Source: Aestuariivirgaceae bacterium (GTDB lineage Bacteria > Pseudomonadota > Alphaproteobacteria > Rhizobiales > Aestuariivirgaceae). Taken from it: a DNA stretch of 64,000 nt. The stretch covers positions 16,817-80,816 of the forward strand of contig JBIOYR010000016.1 of the NCBI GenBank assembly GCA_044870245.1, written 5' to 3'. Below the pieces are notes generated by a model. It worked only from the letters and a program-made list of their open reading frames with translations, did no database searches and had not been told where the DNA came from. Each line of letters opens with the position of its first letter. Position 1 is the first letter of the stretch. Shown piece by piece: positions 29,012-38,404 of the stretch. A program made the translations under genes and the position numbers.

Positions 29012-29371
29012 CTACTCGCCCAACACGCGCCTGATCCGCGCCATCGCCTGATCGATGCGTCGCGACGCCCGCCGCTGCTGCTCGGCCAACTCGCTCGCCT
29101 TGGCGCGCACCTCCGCCAGCTCCTGCACAAGGCGCAGCCGATCAGCCTTGAGCGCCGCGGCGTCGCCGGCGCTGCGCATCCGCTGGGCCTGCTGCTCATG
29201 CATCTGGGCCAAGGCTGCCTCGAGTTGGCGCATGGCATTTTCGAAACGCCCGAGCGCTTCGTCGACCCTCGAGGCCTCGCCAACTCGCCTGTCACTGTTC
29301 ACGGGCCGGAGATTATGCCCCACGCCTTCCCGACGCAACCGCAGCGCGGGCCGGTTCGACGATTTCCACAT
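29012..29371 (-). CDS. DUF4164-like coiled-coil protein
   Basis: Helical, Gln/Arg/Ala-rich ([26 protein letters not shown]...). Lies upstream of zapA as in other alphaproteobacteria. Alternative GTG start at 29302 would give 96 aa. Confidence 0.55.
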   Translation of the reverse strand: MWKSSNRPALRLRREGVGHNLRPVNSDRRVGEASRVDEALGRFENAMRQLEAALAQMHEQQAQRMRSAGDAAALKADRLRLVQELAEVRAKASELAEQQRRASRRIDQAMARIRRVLGE

Positions 29372-29440
29372 TGGGGAACCTCATTGACAGTCGGGGTTGC
29401 GATGCTATGGATGGCCCGTCTTCCAGAACAAGGTCGAGGG

Positions 29441-31450
29441 ATGAGCACAGTCCACGACATGGCCAACGCCATCCGGGCACTCGCCATGGATGCGGTCGAA
29501 AAGGCCAATTCCGGCCATCCGGGTCTGCCAATGGGGGCCGCCGATTTCGCTACGGTCCTGTTCACCCGGTTCCTCAAATTCGATGCTTCCGAACCGCACT
29601 GGCCCGACCGCGACCGGTTCGTGCTGTCGGCCGGCCATGGGTCGATGCTGCTCTATGCACTCCTCTACCTCACCGGCTACACCGATATGACGCTGGACGA
29701 GATCAAGAACTTCCGCCAGCTCGGGTCGCGCACTGCGGGCCATCCGGAATATGGCCATAGTGCCGGGATCGAGACCACCACCGGGCCGCTCGGCCAGGGT
29801 TTCGGCAATGCCGTCGGCATGGCGATCGCGGAGCGGCATCTCGAAGCGGTGTTCGGCAGTGATCTGGTCGATCATTACACCTATGCCCTGGTCGGCGATG
29901 GCTGCCTGATGGAGGGGATCTCGCAGGAGGCCCTGACGCTTGCCGGCCACCTCAAGCTCAACAAGCTGATCGTTCTTTTCGACGACAATGGCGTGTCGAT
30001 CGACGGGCCGGTGTCGCTTGCCGATTCGACCGACCAGCCGGCGCGCTTCGCCGCTTCGGGCTGGGCGGTGACGCGGATCGACGGCCATGACCCGCAGGCG
30101 ATCGAAGAGGCCATTGCCAAGGCCCGCGACAGCGACCGCCCGAGCCTCATCGCCTGCCGCACGGTGATCGGCTTCGGTGCGCCGAAGAAGCAGGGCACAG
30201 CCGCCGTCCATGGCTCGCCGCTCGGCGCTGAAGAGGTGAAGGCGGCCCGGGAGCGGCTCGGCTGGCATCATGGCCCGTTTGAAATCCCATCCGATCTGCT
30301 GGAAGCCTGGCGCGCCGTCGGCCGGCAGGGCGCGGGCGAACGGCAGGCCTGGGAGAGCCGCCTCCGAAAGGCCGACCCGGCGGTCAGGACGGAATTCGAG
30401 AGACGGATGCGCGGCGATCTGCCGGCGCCGCTCGAGCCAGCCATGCGCGCCTATATCGACAAGCTCATCGCCGAGCCGCCGGCGCTTGCCACGCGCAATG
30501 CCTCGCAGAATGCCCTCGACGTGATCAATGCCATCCTCCCGGAGACGATTGGCGGGTCGGCCGACCTCACCGGTTCCAACAACACCAGGTCGAAGGAGAT
30601 GAAGCTCTTCACCTCCGCCGATTATGGCGGGCGGTACATCCATTGGGGCATCCGCGAGCATGCGATGGCCGCCGGCATGAACGGCATGTCGCTGCATGGC
30701 GGGGTGATTCCGTATGGCGGCAGCTTTCTCACCTTCACCGATTATTGCCGGCCCTCGATCCGCCTGGCGGCGCTGATGGGGGTCCGGGCAATCTTCGTGA
30801 TGACCCACGACTCGATCGGGCTCGGCGAGGACGGGCCGACGCATCAGCCCATCGAGCATCTCGCGGCTCTGCGCGCCATTCCCAACCTCTTGGTTCTGCG
30901 GCCCTGCGATGCGGTGGAAACGGCCGAGGTCTGGGAGGTGGCGCTGAGCGAGCGTCACCGGCCGAGCGTGATGGCGCTGAGCCGACAGAAGCTCAAGCCA
31001 TGCAGGCTCAAGAAAGCGGCGGAGAATCTGTCGGCGCGCGGCGCCTATGTCATCGCCGGCGAGGAGGACGGCGGCGGCGCGGCGGTGATATTCGCCTCAG
31101 GTTCGGAGGTCGAGATCGCGCTCGCGGCGCGTTCGCTGCTCGAGGCGGACGGGATCAGGACGCGGGTGGTCTCGGTGCCGTCGATGGAGCTGTTCGCCCG
31201 CCAGTCGGCGGAGTACCGCGCAAGAGTGCTCGGCAAGGAACGGCTGCGCGGCGCGATCGAGGCCGGGATCAGAATGGGATGGGATGCGTTCATCGGAACC
31301 AACGGCGAATTCGTCGGCATGACCGGATTCGGCGCCAGCGGACCCTATGACAAGGTCTATGCCCATTTCGGGATCACCGCCGCGGCGGCCGCCGCCCGGC
31401 TCAAGGCAAGGTTCGAGGCTCGCAAGAATGGCAAAGTTCGAAACCATTGA
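29441..31450 (+). CDS. tkt: Transketolase
   Basis: Start [32 protein letters not shown] follows [13 protein letters not shown] thiamine-diphosphate motif. 669 aa. The rest of the 1424-aa ORF is upstream read-through. Confidence 0.95.
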   Translation: MSTVHDMANAIRALAMDAVEKANSGHPGLPMGAADFATVLFTRFLKFDASEPHWPDRDRFVLSAGHGSMLLYALLYLTGYTDMTLDEIKNFRQLGSRTAGHPEYGHSAGIETTTGPLGQGFGNAVGMAIAERHLEAVFGSDLVDHYTYALVGDGCLMEGISQEALTLAGHLKLNKLIVLFDDNGVSIDGPVSLADSTDQPARFAASGWAVTRIDGHDPQAIEEAIAKARDSDRPSLIACRTVIGFGAPKKQGTAAVHGSPLGAEEVKAARERLGWHHGPFEIPSDLLEAWRAVGRQGAGERQAWESRLRKADPAVRTEFERRMRGDLPAPLEPAMRAYIDKLIAEPPALATRNASQNALDVINAILPETIGGSADLTGSNNTRSKEMKLFTSADYGGRYIHWGIREHAMAAGMNGMSLHGGVIPYGGSFLTFTDYCRPSIRLAALMGVRAIFVMTHDSIGLGEDGPTHQPIEHLAALRAIPNLLVLRPCDAVETAEVWEVALSERHRPSVMALSRQKLKPCRLKKAAENLSARGAYVIAGEEDGGGAAVIFASGSEVEIALAARSLLEADGIRTRVVSVPSMELFARQSAEYRARVLGKERLRGAIEAGIRMGWDAFIGTNGEFVGMTGFGASGPYDKVYAHFGITAAAAAARLKARFEARKNGKVRNH

Positions 31451-32642
31451 CGCAGTCGATTGGCGGAACAAGCGGGCACTGCTCAGGCTCGATCTCAATG
31501 TGCCGCTGGAGAACGGCAAGGTGCGCGACGCGACCCGGATCGAGCGGGTTGTCCCGACGATCAGGGAGCTCAGGGAAAGGGGCGCGGCAGTCCTGATCCT
31601 CTCCCATTTCGACCGGCCGAAGGGCAAGGTGGTCGCGGAAATGTCGCTCGAGCCGCTTGCCCCGGCGCTCGCCGATGCGCTTGGCGTCGCTGTCCGGTTC
31701 GTCGCCACCGACTGGCGCGACGGAGCGGCGGAGAAGGCGGCCGCGACGGCGAGGCCCGGCGATGTCATCCTGTTCGAGAACACCCGCTTCCATCCCGGCG
31801 AGGAAAGCAACGATCCGGCCTTCGCCCGCGCGCTCGCCAAGCTCGGCGATGTCTATGTGAACGACGCCTTCTCGGCGTCGCATCGCGCCCACGCCTCGAC
31901 CGAAGGGGTGGCGCACCTTCTTCCGGCGGTGGCCGGGCGGGCGCTCGAGCTCGAGCTCAAGGCTCTGTCGAGCGCGCTGACCCGTCCGCGACGGCCGCTG
32001 GCGGCAGTGGTCGGCGGTGCCAAGGTTTCGACCAAGCTCGACCTGCTTGCCAACCTCCTCGAGCTGACCGACAGGCTGATCATCGGCGGCGCAATGGCCA
32101 ATACCTTCCTCGCCGCCCAGGGCCACCCGGTCGGACGCTCGCTGCTCGAGCCGGATCTGGTGGATACGGCGCGCGACATCATGCGGCAGGCCGAAGCGCG
32201 CGACAAAGAGCTCGTGCTGCCGGTCGATGCCGTGGTGGCGGCAGAGCTCAAACCCGGGATCGCGTCGCGCATGGTGAGCCTGGCCGAGGTCGGGGCGCAG
32301 GACATGATCCTCGATGTCGGACCGGAGACGGTCGAGGTGATCAAGCGGGTGTTCGATCGGGCGCTGACACTGGTGTGGAACGGCCCGCTCGGCGCTTTCG
32401 AGGTTCCGCCGTTCGACGAGGGAACGCGAGCGGCGGCGCTGCATGCCGGCGCCTTGACGCGGGCCGGCAGCCTCGTGTCGATTGCCGGCGGCGGCGACAC
32501 GGTGGCGGCGCTGAATGCGGCGGATGTGGCGCACGCCTTCACTTTCGTGTCGACGGCCGGTGGGGCCTTCCTCGAATGGCTCGAAGGCAAGTCGCTGCCG
32601 GGCATCAAAATTCTCGAGTCGATGAATGGAGCGAAGCAATGA
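31428..32642 (+). CDS. pgk: Phosphoglycerate kinase
   Basis: [27 protein letters not shown]...SHFDRPKG, and GGGDTVAA near the C-terminus. The start overlaps the tkt 3' end by 23 nt. Confidence 0.95.
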   Translation: MAKFETIDAVDWRNKRALLRLDLNVPLENGKVRDATRIERVVPTIRELRERGAAVLILSHFDRPKGKVVAEMSLEPLAPALADALGVAVRFVATDWRDGAAEKAAATARPGDVILFENTRFHPGEESNDPAFARALAKLGDVYVNDAFSASHRAHASTEGVAHLLPAVAGRALELELKALSSALTRPRRPLAAVVGGAKVSTKLDLLANLLELTDRLIIGGAMANTFLAAQGHPVGRSLLEPDLVDTARDIMRQAEARDKELVLPVDAVVAAELKPGIASRMVSLAEVGAQDMILDVGPETVEVIKRVFDRALTLVWNGPLGAFEVPPFDEGTRAAALHAGALTRAGSLVSIAGGGDTVAALNAADVAHAFTFVSTAGGAFLEWLEGKSLPGIKILESMNGAKQ

Positions 32643-33670
32643 CCGACAACAAGCTCAACGACATCGCAAAGCAGCTGGTGGCAAACGGCAAGGGGATATT
32701 GGCGGCCGACGAGAGCAGCGGCACGATCAAGAAGCGGTTCGATTCGATCGGGGTCGAATCCACCGTCGATCTCCGGCGTGACTACCGCGAGATGATGTTC
32801 ACCGCCGTCGAGGCGATGCGCAACCATATCTCGGGCGTCATCCTGTTCGACGAGACGATTCGCCAGAAGGCGAGCGACGGGCGGACGCTGGTCGAAAAGA
32901 TCAGCGCCACCGGCGCGCTGCCCGGCATCAAGGTCGATGCCGGCACCAAGGACATCCCGTTCTTTCCCGGCGAGAAGATCACCGAAGGGCTCGACGGGCT
33001 CGGCGAGCGGCTCAAGGAGTATCACGCGCTCGGCGCCCGCTTCGCCAAATGGCGGGCGGTGATCGATATCGGCGATGACATTCCCACCGACTACGCAATA
33101 GCTGCCAACGCCGACGCTCTTGCCCGCTATGCGGCGCTGTGCCAGGCGGCAGATATCGTGCCGATCGTCGAGCCGGAGGTGCTGATGGACGGGCCGGTGG
33201 CGAAGCACGGCATCGAAACCTGCGAGATCGTCACCGAGCGGACGCTCACCACGGTGTTCGACGCGCTGAGGGCGGCGCGGGTCAGGCTCGAGGCGATGAT
33301 CCTCAAGCCCAATATGGTGGTGCCAGGGAAGAATTCCGGCGCGAAGGCCACCCCGCAGCAGGTCGCCGAGCGGACAGTCAGGGTGCTCAAGCGCACCGTG
33401 CCGGCAGCAGTGCCGGGGATCGCCTTCCTGTCGGGCGGGCAGTCGGACGAAGAAGCGACGCGCCACTTGTCGCTGATGAATGCGATGGGACCGCTTCCCT
33501 GGAAGCTGACCTTCTCCTATGGCCGGGCGCTCCAGGCGGCGGCGTTGAAGGCCTGGGGCGGTCGGCGCGAAAATCTGGCGGCAGCGCAGGCGGCATTTGC
33601 CCATCGGGCCCGGATGAACGGGCTCGCCGCCAGCGGCAAATGGAGCGAGACACTCGAAAAGGCGGCATGA
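32639..33670 (+). CDS. fba: Class I fructose-bisphosphate aldolase
   Basis: GKGILAADESSGTIKKRF, LKPNMV (Schiff-base Lys region), FLSGGQS. ATGA overlap with the pgk stop. Confidence 0.92.
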   Translation: MTDNKLNDIAKQLVANGKGILAADESSGTIKKRFDSIGVESTVDLRRDYREMMFTAVEAMRNHISGVILFDETIRQKASDGRTLVEKISATGALPGIKVDAGTKDIPFFPGEKITEGLDGLGERLKEYHALGARFAKWRAVIDIGDDIPTDYAIAANADALARYAALCQAADIVPIVEPEVLMDGPVAKHGIETCEIVTERTLTTVFDALRAARVRLEAMILKPNMVVPGKNSGAKATPQQVAERTVRVLKRTVPAAVPGIAFLSGGQSDEEATRHLSLMNAMGPLPWKLTFSYGRALQAAALKAWGGRRENLAAAQAAFAHRARMNGLAASGKWSETLEKAA

Positions 33671-34287
33671 ACGCTGCCACGGAACAGCCTAAGTGCCGCC
33701 TTTTCCTCGTAGCACCCTCGAATGGGGATGTGGAAAGCCTTGCGCTCTGCCTTGAGGCAGCGCTCGGGGCGGGAGACGTCGGTTGTGTCTGTGTTGATCA
33801 TTCCGGGGACAGCGGGACGGTCCGCCGCGTGGTGGAGGCGCTTCTGCCCCTGGGCCGAGCTTGGGGTACGGCAGTGATCATGGCGCAGTCGATCGAGGTG
33901 GCGGCGGCTACCGGTGCCGATGGCGTGGAGCTCAGCGAGGCGGCGTCATTGGTGGCAATGGCGCGCAAGACCCTGGGAAACCAGGCAATCGTTGGCGGCA
34001 TGGCGGGTGCAAGCCGCCACCGCGCCATGGAATTTGCCGAAGCGGGTGTCGACTATGTGGCTCTGCGGGGGACCGGCCCCGATGGCGAGCCGCTGGCAGC
34101 CTGGTGGGCCGAGATCGCCACCGTGCCAGTGGTTGCCGCCGAGCCGGCAAGCCTCGAAGACGCCGGCTGGCTTGCCCGTCGCAAGGTCGACTTCGTCGTA
34201 CCAACGCCCGCGATCTGGGAGTCGCCGGAGGACGCGCGCGCGATTGCGGCCGCCTACCAGCGCGTTCTGGCCGAGGCCGGGTCATGA
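33667..34287 (+). CDS. Thiamine-phosphate synthase (ThiE/TenI)-like protein
   Basis: Begins at the ATGA overlap with fba. Pattern RLFLVAP...ADGVEL...VDYVAL. Conserved position after fba in Rhizobiales, from memory. Confidence 0.6.
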   Translation: MNAATEQPKCRLFLVAPSNGDVESLALCLEAALGAGDVGCVCVDHSGDSGTVRRVVEALLPLGRAWGTAVIMAQSIEVAAATGADGVELSEAASLVAMARKTLGNQAIVGGMAGASRHRAMEFAEAGVDYVALRGTGPDGEPLAAWWAEIATVPVVAAEPASLEDAGWLARRKVDFVVPTPAIWESPEDARAIAAAYQRVLAEAGS

Positions 34288-35252
34288 GACCGGCAGGATT
34301 CGCGATCGTCGGCATCCTGGTTCTGCTCGGCGCATCGGGGGCGTTCGGTGCAACAAAAAAACCGAGCTTCGAGGAAGCGGTGGCACTGTTCTCCGACAAG
34401 AATTACAAGGCCGCCTATGAGGTCGCCTCGCCACTTGCCACCGCCGGGGATGTGCGTGCCCAGGCGATGCTCGGCGCCCTTTACGAAGAAGGCCGCGGCA
34501 TCGGCAAGGACGTCAAGACCGCCGCGACCTGGTATGAGTCGGCGGCGCGCGGCGGCCATGTCGGGGCAATGTTCGCGCTGGCGATGATCTATCTCGACGG
34601 CCGGCTCGGCCCGCCGAATTTCGAGCTCGGACGGCGCTGGCTGACGGCGGCAGCCGAGGGCGGCCACACGGCGGCGCAGCACAATCTTGGCCTCCTGATG
34701 GCCGGCGCGGGGGGCCGCCAACCCGATTGGGAGGAGGCCGGCAAATGGTTCCAGGCGGCCGCCGCCTCGGGCCTGCCCGATGCCGAGTACAATCTCGGGG
34801 TGATGTATCTCGAAGGGCGCGGTGTCGAGAAGAGCCCGACCCTGGCGGCGGAGTGGTTCAAACGGGCAGCGATGAAGGGGCTGCCGGATGCAGCGCTCGA
34901 CTATGGCGTGCTGGTGTTCCGCGGTGATGGCGTGCAGAAGGACGAGAGGATCGGGGCGCAGTGGCTGACTGTCGCGGCGCAGCGCGGCAACGCGGTGGCG
35001 CAGAACCGGCTGGCCCGGCTGTTTTCGGCAGGCAAGGGGGTGCCGCTCAACCTGGTCGAAGCTGCCAAGTGGCATCTGCTTGCCCGGAGCGGCGGCAAGC
35101 CCGATCAGGAGCTTGACCAGATGTTCGACACGCTTTCCCCGGCAGACCGCGAAAAGGCCGAGGCGCAGGCCAAATCGTTCAAGCCGCTGCCGGTCACTCT
35201 GGCCACCTCCTCGGCGCCGCCCAAATTCGGGCCGCGGCGGATCAAACAGTAG
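34284..35252 (+). CDS. Sel1/TPR-repeat periplasmic protein
   Basis: Signal peptide MRPAGFAIVGILVLLGASGAFGA and at least six Sel1 repeats (A..LG.LY..G.GV.KD...A..W...AA..G). Confidence 0.8.
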   Translation: MRPAGFAIVGILVLLGASGAFGATKKPSFEEAVALFSDKNYKAAYEVASPLATAGDVRAQAMLGALYEEGRGIGKDVKTAATWYESAARGGHVGAMFALAMIYLDGRLGPPNFELGRRWLTAAAEGGHTAAQHNLGLLMAGAGGRQPDWEEAGKWFQAAAASGLPDAEYNLGVMYLEGRGVEKSPTLAAEWFKRAAMKGLPDAALDYGVLVFRGDGVQKDERIGAQWLTVAAQRGNAVAQNRLARLFSAGKGVPLNLVEAAKWHLLARSGGKPDQELDQMFDTLSPADREKAEAQAKSFKPLPVTLATSSAPPKFGPRRIKQ

Positions 35253-35331
35253 AGTTGTCGGTAGGGCTATCCATCAGCGCGGCGGCTTGCTAAACGGGGC
35301 CCCGCCAACCCTCACAAAGACGCGCTGCCTG

Positions 35332-36162
35332 ATGCCCGCCTCGCCGCTTCTCACCGTCATGATCAACGCCGCCCGCAAGGCGTCGCGGGCGATCCGCCGA
35401 GATTTCGGCGAGGTCGAAAGCCTGCAGGTTTCGCAGAAAGGGCCGGCGAATTTCGTGACCCGGTCGGACCAGCGGGCCGAGCAGACGATTCGCGAGGAGT
35501 TGCAGAAGGCAAGGCCGCAATGGAGCTTCCTGATGGAGGAAAGCGGGCGTACCGAGGGGGTCGACAACGGCCATTGCTGGATCGTGGATCCGATCGACGG
35601 CACCACGAATTTCATCCATGGAATCCCGCATTTCGCCATTTCAATCGCCCTTCTCAAGGCCAATGAGCTGGTTGCGGGCATCATCTACAATCCCATCACC
35701 GACGAGCTGTTCGCCGCCGAACGCGGCCGCGGCGCCTATCTGAACGACCGGCGCATGCGGGTGGCGGCGCGGCGTGACCTCCATGATGCGGTGATCGCCT
35801 GCGGCATTCCCCATCTCGGACGAGGGGACCATGCGCAGTTTCGTCGCGAGCTCGCGCAAGTCCAAGCCAAGGCGGCGGGAATCCGGCGATTCGGCGCCGC
35901 GGCGCTCGATCTCGCATTTGTTGCGGCCGGGCGATTCGATGGTTATTGGGAACGCGGGCTGAAGGCGTGGGATATCGCGGCCGGCATCGTGATCGTCCGC
36001 GAGGCGGGTGGCATGGCGGGAGATATCGACGGGGCGGCGGATGTGCTCGCGACGGGTGACGTCATGGCGGCAAATAGCGAGCTTTATCCGCAGATTGCGC
36101 AGGAGCTGGCGAACGCCAGACGTGCCGGCCGGCCCGAAGAAACCGCGGAAATGCGCAGTTGA
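35332..36162 (+). CDS. suhB: Inositol monophosphatase family protein
   Basis: WIVDPIDGTTNFIHG and WDIAAG motifs. Confidence 0.9.
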   Translation: MPASPLLTVMINAARKASRAIRRDFGEVESLQVSQKGPANFVTRSDQRAEQTIREELQKARPQWSFLMEESGRTEGVDNGHCWIVDPIDGTTNFIHGIPHFAISIALLKANELVAGIIYNPITDELFAAERGRGAYLNDRRMRVAARRDLHDAVIACGIPHLGRGDHAQFRRELAQVQAKAAGIRRFGAAALDLAFVAAGRFDGYWERGLKAWDIAAGIVIVREAGGMAGDIDGAADVLATGDVMAANSELYPQIAQELANARRAGRPEETAEMRS

Positions 36163-36256
36163 TGACCGGCCGTAAAAGGGCCGCCTTGGGCGTGACACAA
36201 CGGTGCGATTGCGTCATCCTGCGCGGCAAATCTGAAGTGGGAGCCGGGAGCGCCCT

Positions 36257-37357
36257 ATGAATCGAGGTAGCGACACGCACGTCCTGGATCTGCCGCGCGT
36301 CTATATGGTGCGGATGATGGTGTTCATCGTCCTGGTGGGGATCCTGGCGGCGATCCTCTTTCCGACGATTCGCGAGGCATTTCAGCACAATGTGGGCCTG
36401 AACGGAACCATCGTCGCGCTGCTCCTGATCGGCATCATCTACTCCTTCCGCATGGTGTGGCGGTTGTTCCCCGAGGTGAACTGGGTCAATCACTTCCGGA
36501 TCGCCGATCCCGGCCTCGAGATTCCCTACAGCCCCAGTCTGCTCGCGCCGATGGCGACCCTGCTCAGGGATCGAAAGGGTCCGACGGTGCTGTCGCCACT
36601 CACCATGCGGTCGCTGCTCGATTCGCTGGCGTCGCGACTCGACGAATCGCGCGACATATCGCGCTATCTCATTGGCCTGCTGATCTTTCTCGGCCTGCTC
36701 GGCACCTTCTGGGGCCTGCTCGAGACGGTGCAGTCGGTCTCGACGGCGATCCGCTCGCTGGACGTCAATTCGCAATCAGGCTCGGTGTTCGAGGAGCTGA
36801 AGCGCGGCCTCGAGGCGCCGCTCGCCGGCATGGGCACGTCGTTCTCGTCATCTCTGTTCGGTCTCGCCGGCTCGCTGGTGCTCGGCTTCCTCGACCTGCA
36901 GGCGAGCCAGGCGCAGAACCGGTTCTACAACGAGCTCGAGGACTGGCTGTCGTCGATCACCGACATTGCAGCGGGCGGACAGGCGCATTTCGCGGTACCG
37001 CAATATCTTCGCCTCGATCTTCGCGACCTGCAGCAGGGAATCGAGCGGATGAACCGAACGCTCGACGAGGCGTTGTCGGATTCCGGCACCGGTCAGATTG
37101 CGGGAGACAGCGACCCCGAGGCGATGGCGCGGCTTGCCGATGCGGTGCAGTCGCTGGTGCAGCAGATGCGCGAGGAGCAGCGGATCGTCAGGCAGTGGGC
37201 GCAGACCCAGTCGGAGCAGAATGCCGAGTTCCGCCGCATCATCGCCCGGCTGACGCCCCCCGAGCCGCGGCCGGCAATGCCGGCGCCGGCACCGCGCGAA
37301 AGCTCGGCGGCGGCGCTCCGCCAGGCGCTCAAGCAATCGAAGCCGAAGGACGAGTAA
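36257..37357 (+). CDS. MotA/TolQ/ExbB-family proton-channel protein with helical C-terminal extension
   Basis: Channel signature LIFLGLLGTFWGLLET and LAGMGTSFSSSLFGLAGSLVLGFL. Two additional N-terminal TM segments. About 130 aa of soluble tail. Confidence 0.75.
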   Translation: MNRGSDTHVLDLPRVYMVRMMVFIVLVGILAAILFPTIREAFQHNVGLNGTIVALLLIGIIYSFRMVWRLFPEVNWVNHFRIADPGLEIPYSPSLLAPMATLLRDRKGPTVLSPLTMRSLLDSLASRLDESRDISRYLIGLLIFLGLLGTFWGLLETVQSVSTAIRSLDVNSQSGSVFEELKRGLEAPLAGMGTSFSSSLFGLAGSLVLGFLDLQASQAQNRFYNELEDWLSSITDIAAGGQAHFAVPQYLRLDLRDLQQGIERMNRTLDEALSDSGTGQIAGDSDPEAMARLADAVQSLVQQMREEQRIVRQWAQTQSEQNAEFRRIIARLTPPEPRPAMPAPAPRESSAAALRQALKQSKPKDE

Positions 37358-37360
37358 GCG

Positions 37361-38392
37361 ATGGCCCGTTCGCTCGGCCGCAGCCAGGGACGCGAGAATA
37401 CCTATTACTGGCCGGGGTTCGTCGATGCCATGGCGCAGCTGCTGCTGGTCATCACCTTTCTCATGTCGGTGTTCATGATCACCCAGTTTCTGCTGTCGAA
37501 GGAGATCAGCGGCAGGGATACGGTGCTATCGCGGCTCAAGGCGCAGATCGCCGAGCTGACGCAGCTCCTGGCGCTTGAGAAATCCACCAAGACGGAGCTC
37601 GAGACGACGCTGGCGGCGCTCACCGACGACCTCCAGACGGCGCGCGCCGACAACAGCAAGCTGAAGGGCCTGGTCGACAGCTTCAGCGAGAAGCAGTCGA
37701 CCGAGAGCTCGACGATCACGGGTCTGCGCGGTCAGCTCGACGCCGAGCGCAAGATCTCATCCGAGGCAATGGCGCGGATCGAGCTGCTCAATCAGCAGAT
37801 CGCGGCGCTGCGCCGGCAGATCGCGGCGCTCAACGAGGCGCTCGAGGCGGCGGAATCGCGCGACCAGGATTCGAAGACGCAGATCGCCGATCTCGGGCGG
37901 CGGCTCAATGTGGCGCTGGCGCAACGGGTGCAGGAGCTTGCCCGCTATCGGTCCGAGTTCTTCGGTCGGCTGCGGCAAATCCTGTCGCAGCGCTCCGACA
38001 TCAGGGTGGTCGGTGACCGCTTCGTGTTCCAGTCGGAGGTGCTGTTCCCCAAGGGCTCGGCGGAGATCAATCCGGCGGGGCGGCTCGAGCTCGACAAGCT
38101 GGCCCAGGCGATGCGGGAGCTCGAGGGCGAGATTCCGCAGGACATCGCCTGGGTGCTCAGGGTCGACGGTCATACCGACACCGACCCGATCCAGACCTCG
38201 GCCTTCTCGTCCAACTGGGAGCTGTCATCGGCGCGCGCCATTGCGGTGGTGAAGGAGCTGATCGCCCAAGGAGTATCGCCGAACCGGCTGGTGGCGGCGG
38301 GCTTCGGCGAGTTCCAGCCGATCGAGCAGGGCGACAGCGAAGAGGTCAAGACACGCAACCGCCGGATCGAGCTCAAGCTCACCGAGCGATGA
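37361..38392 (+). CDS. MotB-like plug/TM, long coiled coil, OmpA_C-like peptidoglycan-binding protein
   Basis: N-terminus YYWPGFVDAMAQLLLVITFLM carries a MotB-type TM with the conserved Asp. About 190 aa of coiled coil, then FPKGSAEI...GHTD...SNWELSSARA...NRRIELKL. Starts 3 nt after the partner's stop codon. Confidence 0.75.
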   Translation: MARSLGRSQGRENTYYWPGFVDAMAQLLLVITFLMSVFMITQFLLSKEISGRDTVLSRLKAQIAELTQLLALEKSTKTELETTLAALTDDLQTARADNSKLKGLVDSFSEKQSTESSTITGLRGQLDAERKISSEAMARIELLNQQIAALRRQIAALNEALEAAESRDQDSKTQIADLGRRLNVALAQRVQELARYRSEFFGRLRQILSQRSDIRVVGDRFVFQSEVLFPKGSAEINPAGRLELDKLAQAMRELEGEIPQDIAWVLRVDGHTDTDPIQTSAFSSNWELSSARAIAVVKELIAQGVSPNRLVAAGFGEFQPIEQGDSEEVKTRNRRIELKLTER

Positions 38393-38404
38393 GTTAGCAG
38401 CCCT

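Noticed and set aside
27176-29440. N-terminal 755 codons of the 1424-aa ORF that ends as transketolase.
   Set aside because: The region is occupied on the other strand by ymdB, the 5-FCL gene, zapA and DUF4164. Tkt homology starts at MSTVHDM (29441) behind a GAGGG Shine-Dalgarno sequence.
36257-38392. Assignment of the MotA/MotB-like pair to the Zorya (ZorAB) anti-phage system or to the flagellar stator.
   Set aside because: The MotA-like protein is 366 aa, far shorter than ZorA and without its long tail. No ZorC/D/E-type genes and no fli, flg or che genes are adjacent. The surrounding genes are housekeeping. It is kept as an uncharacterised stator-like pair only.
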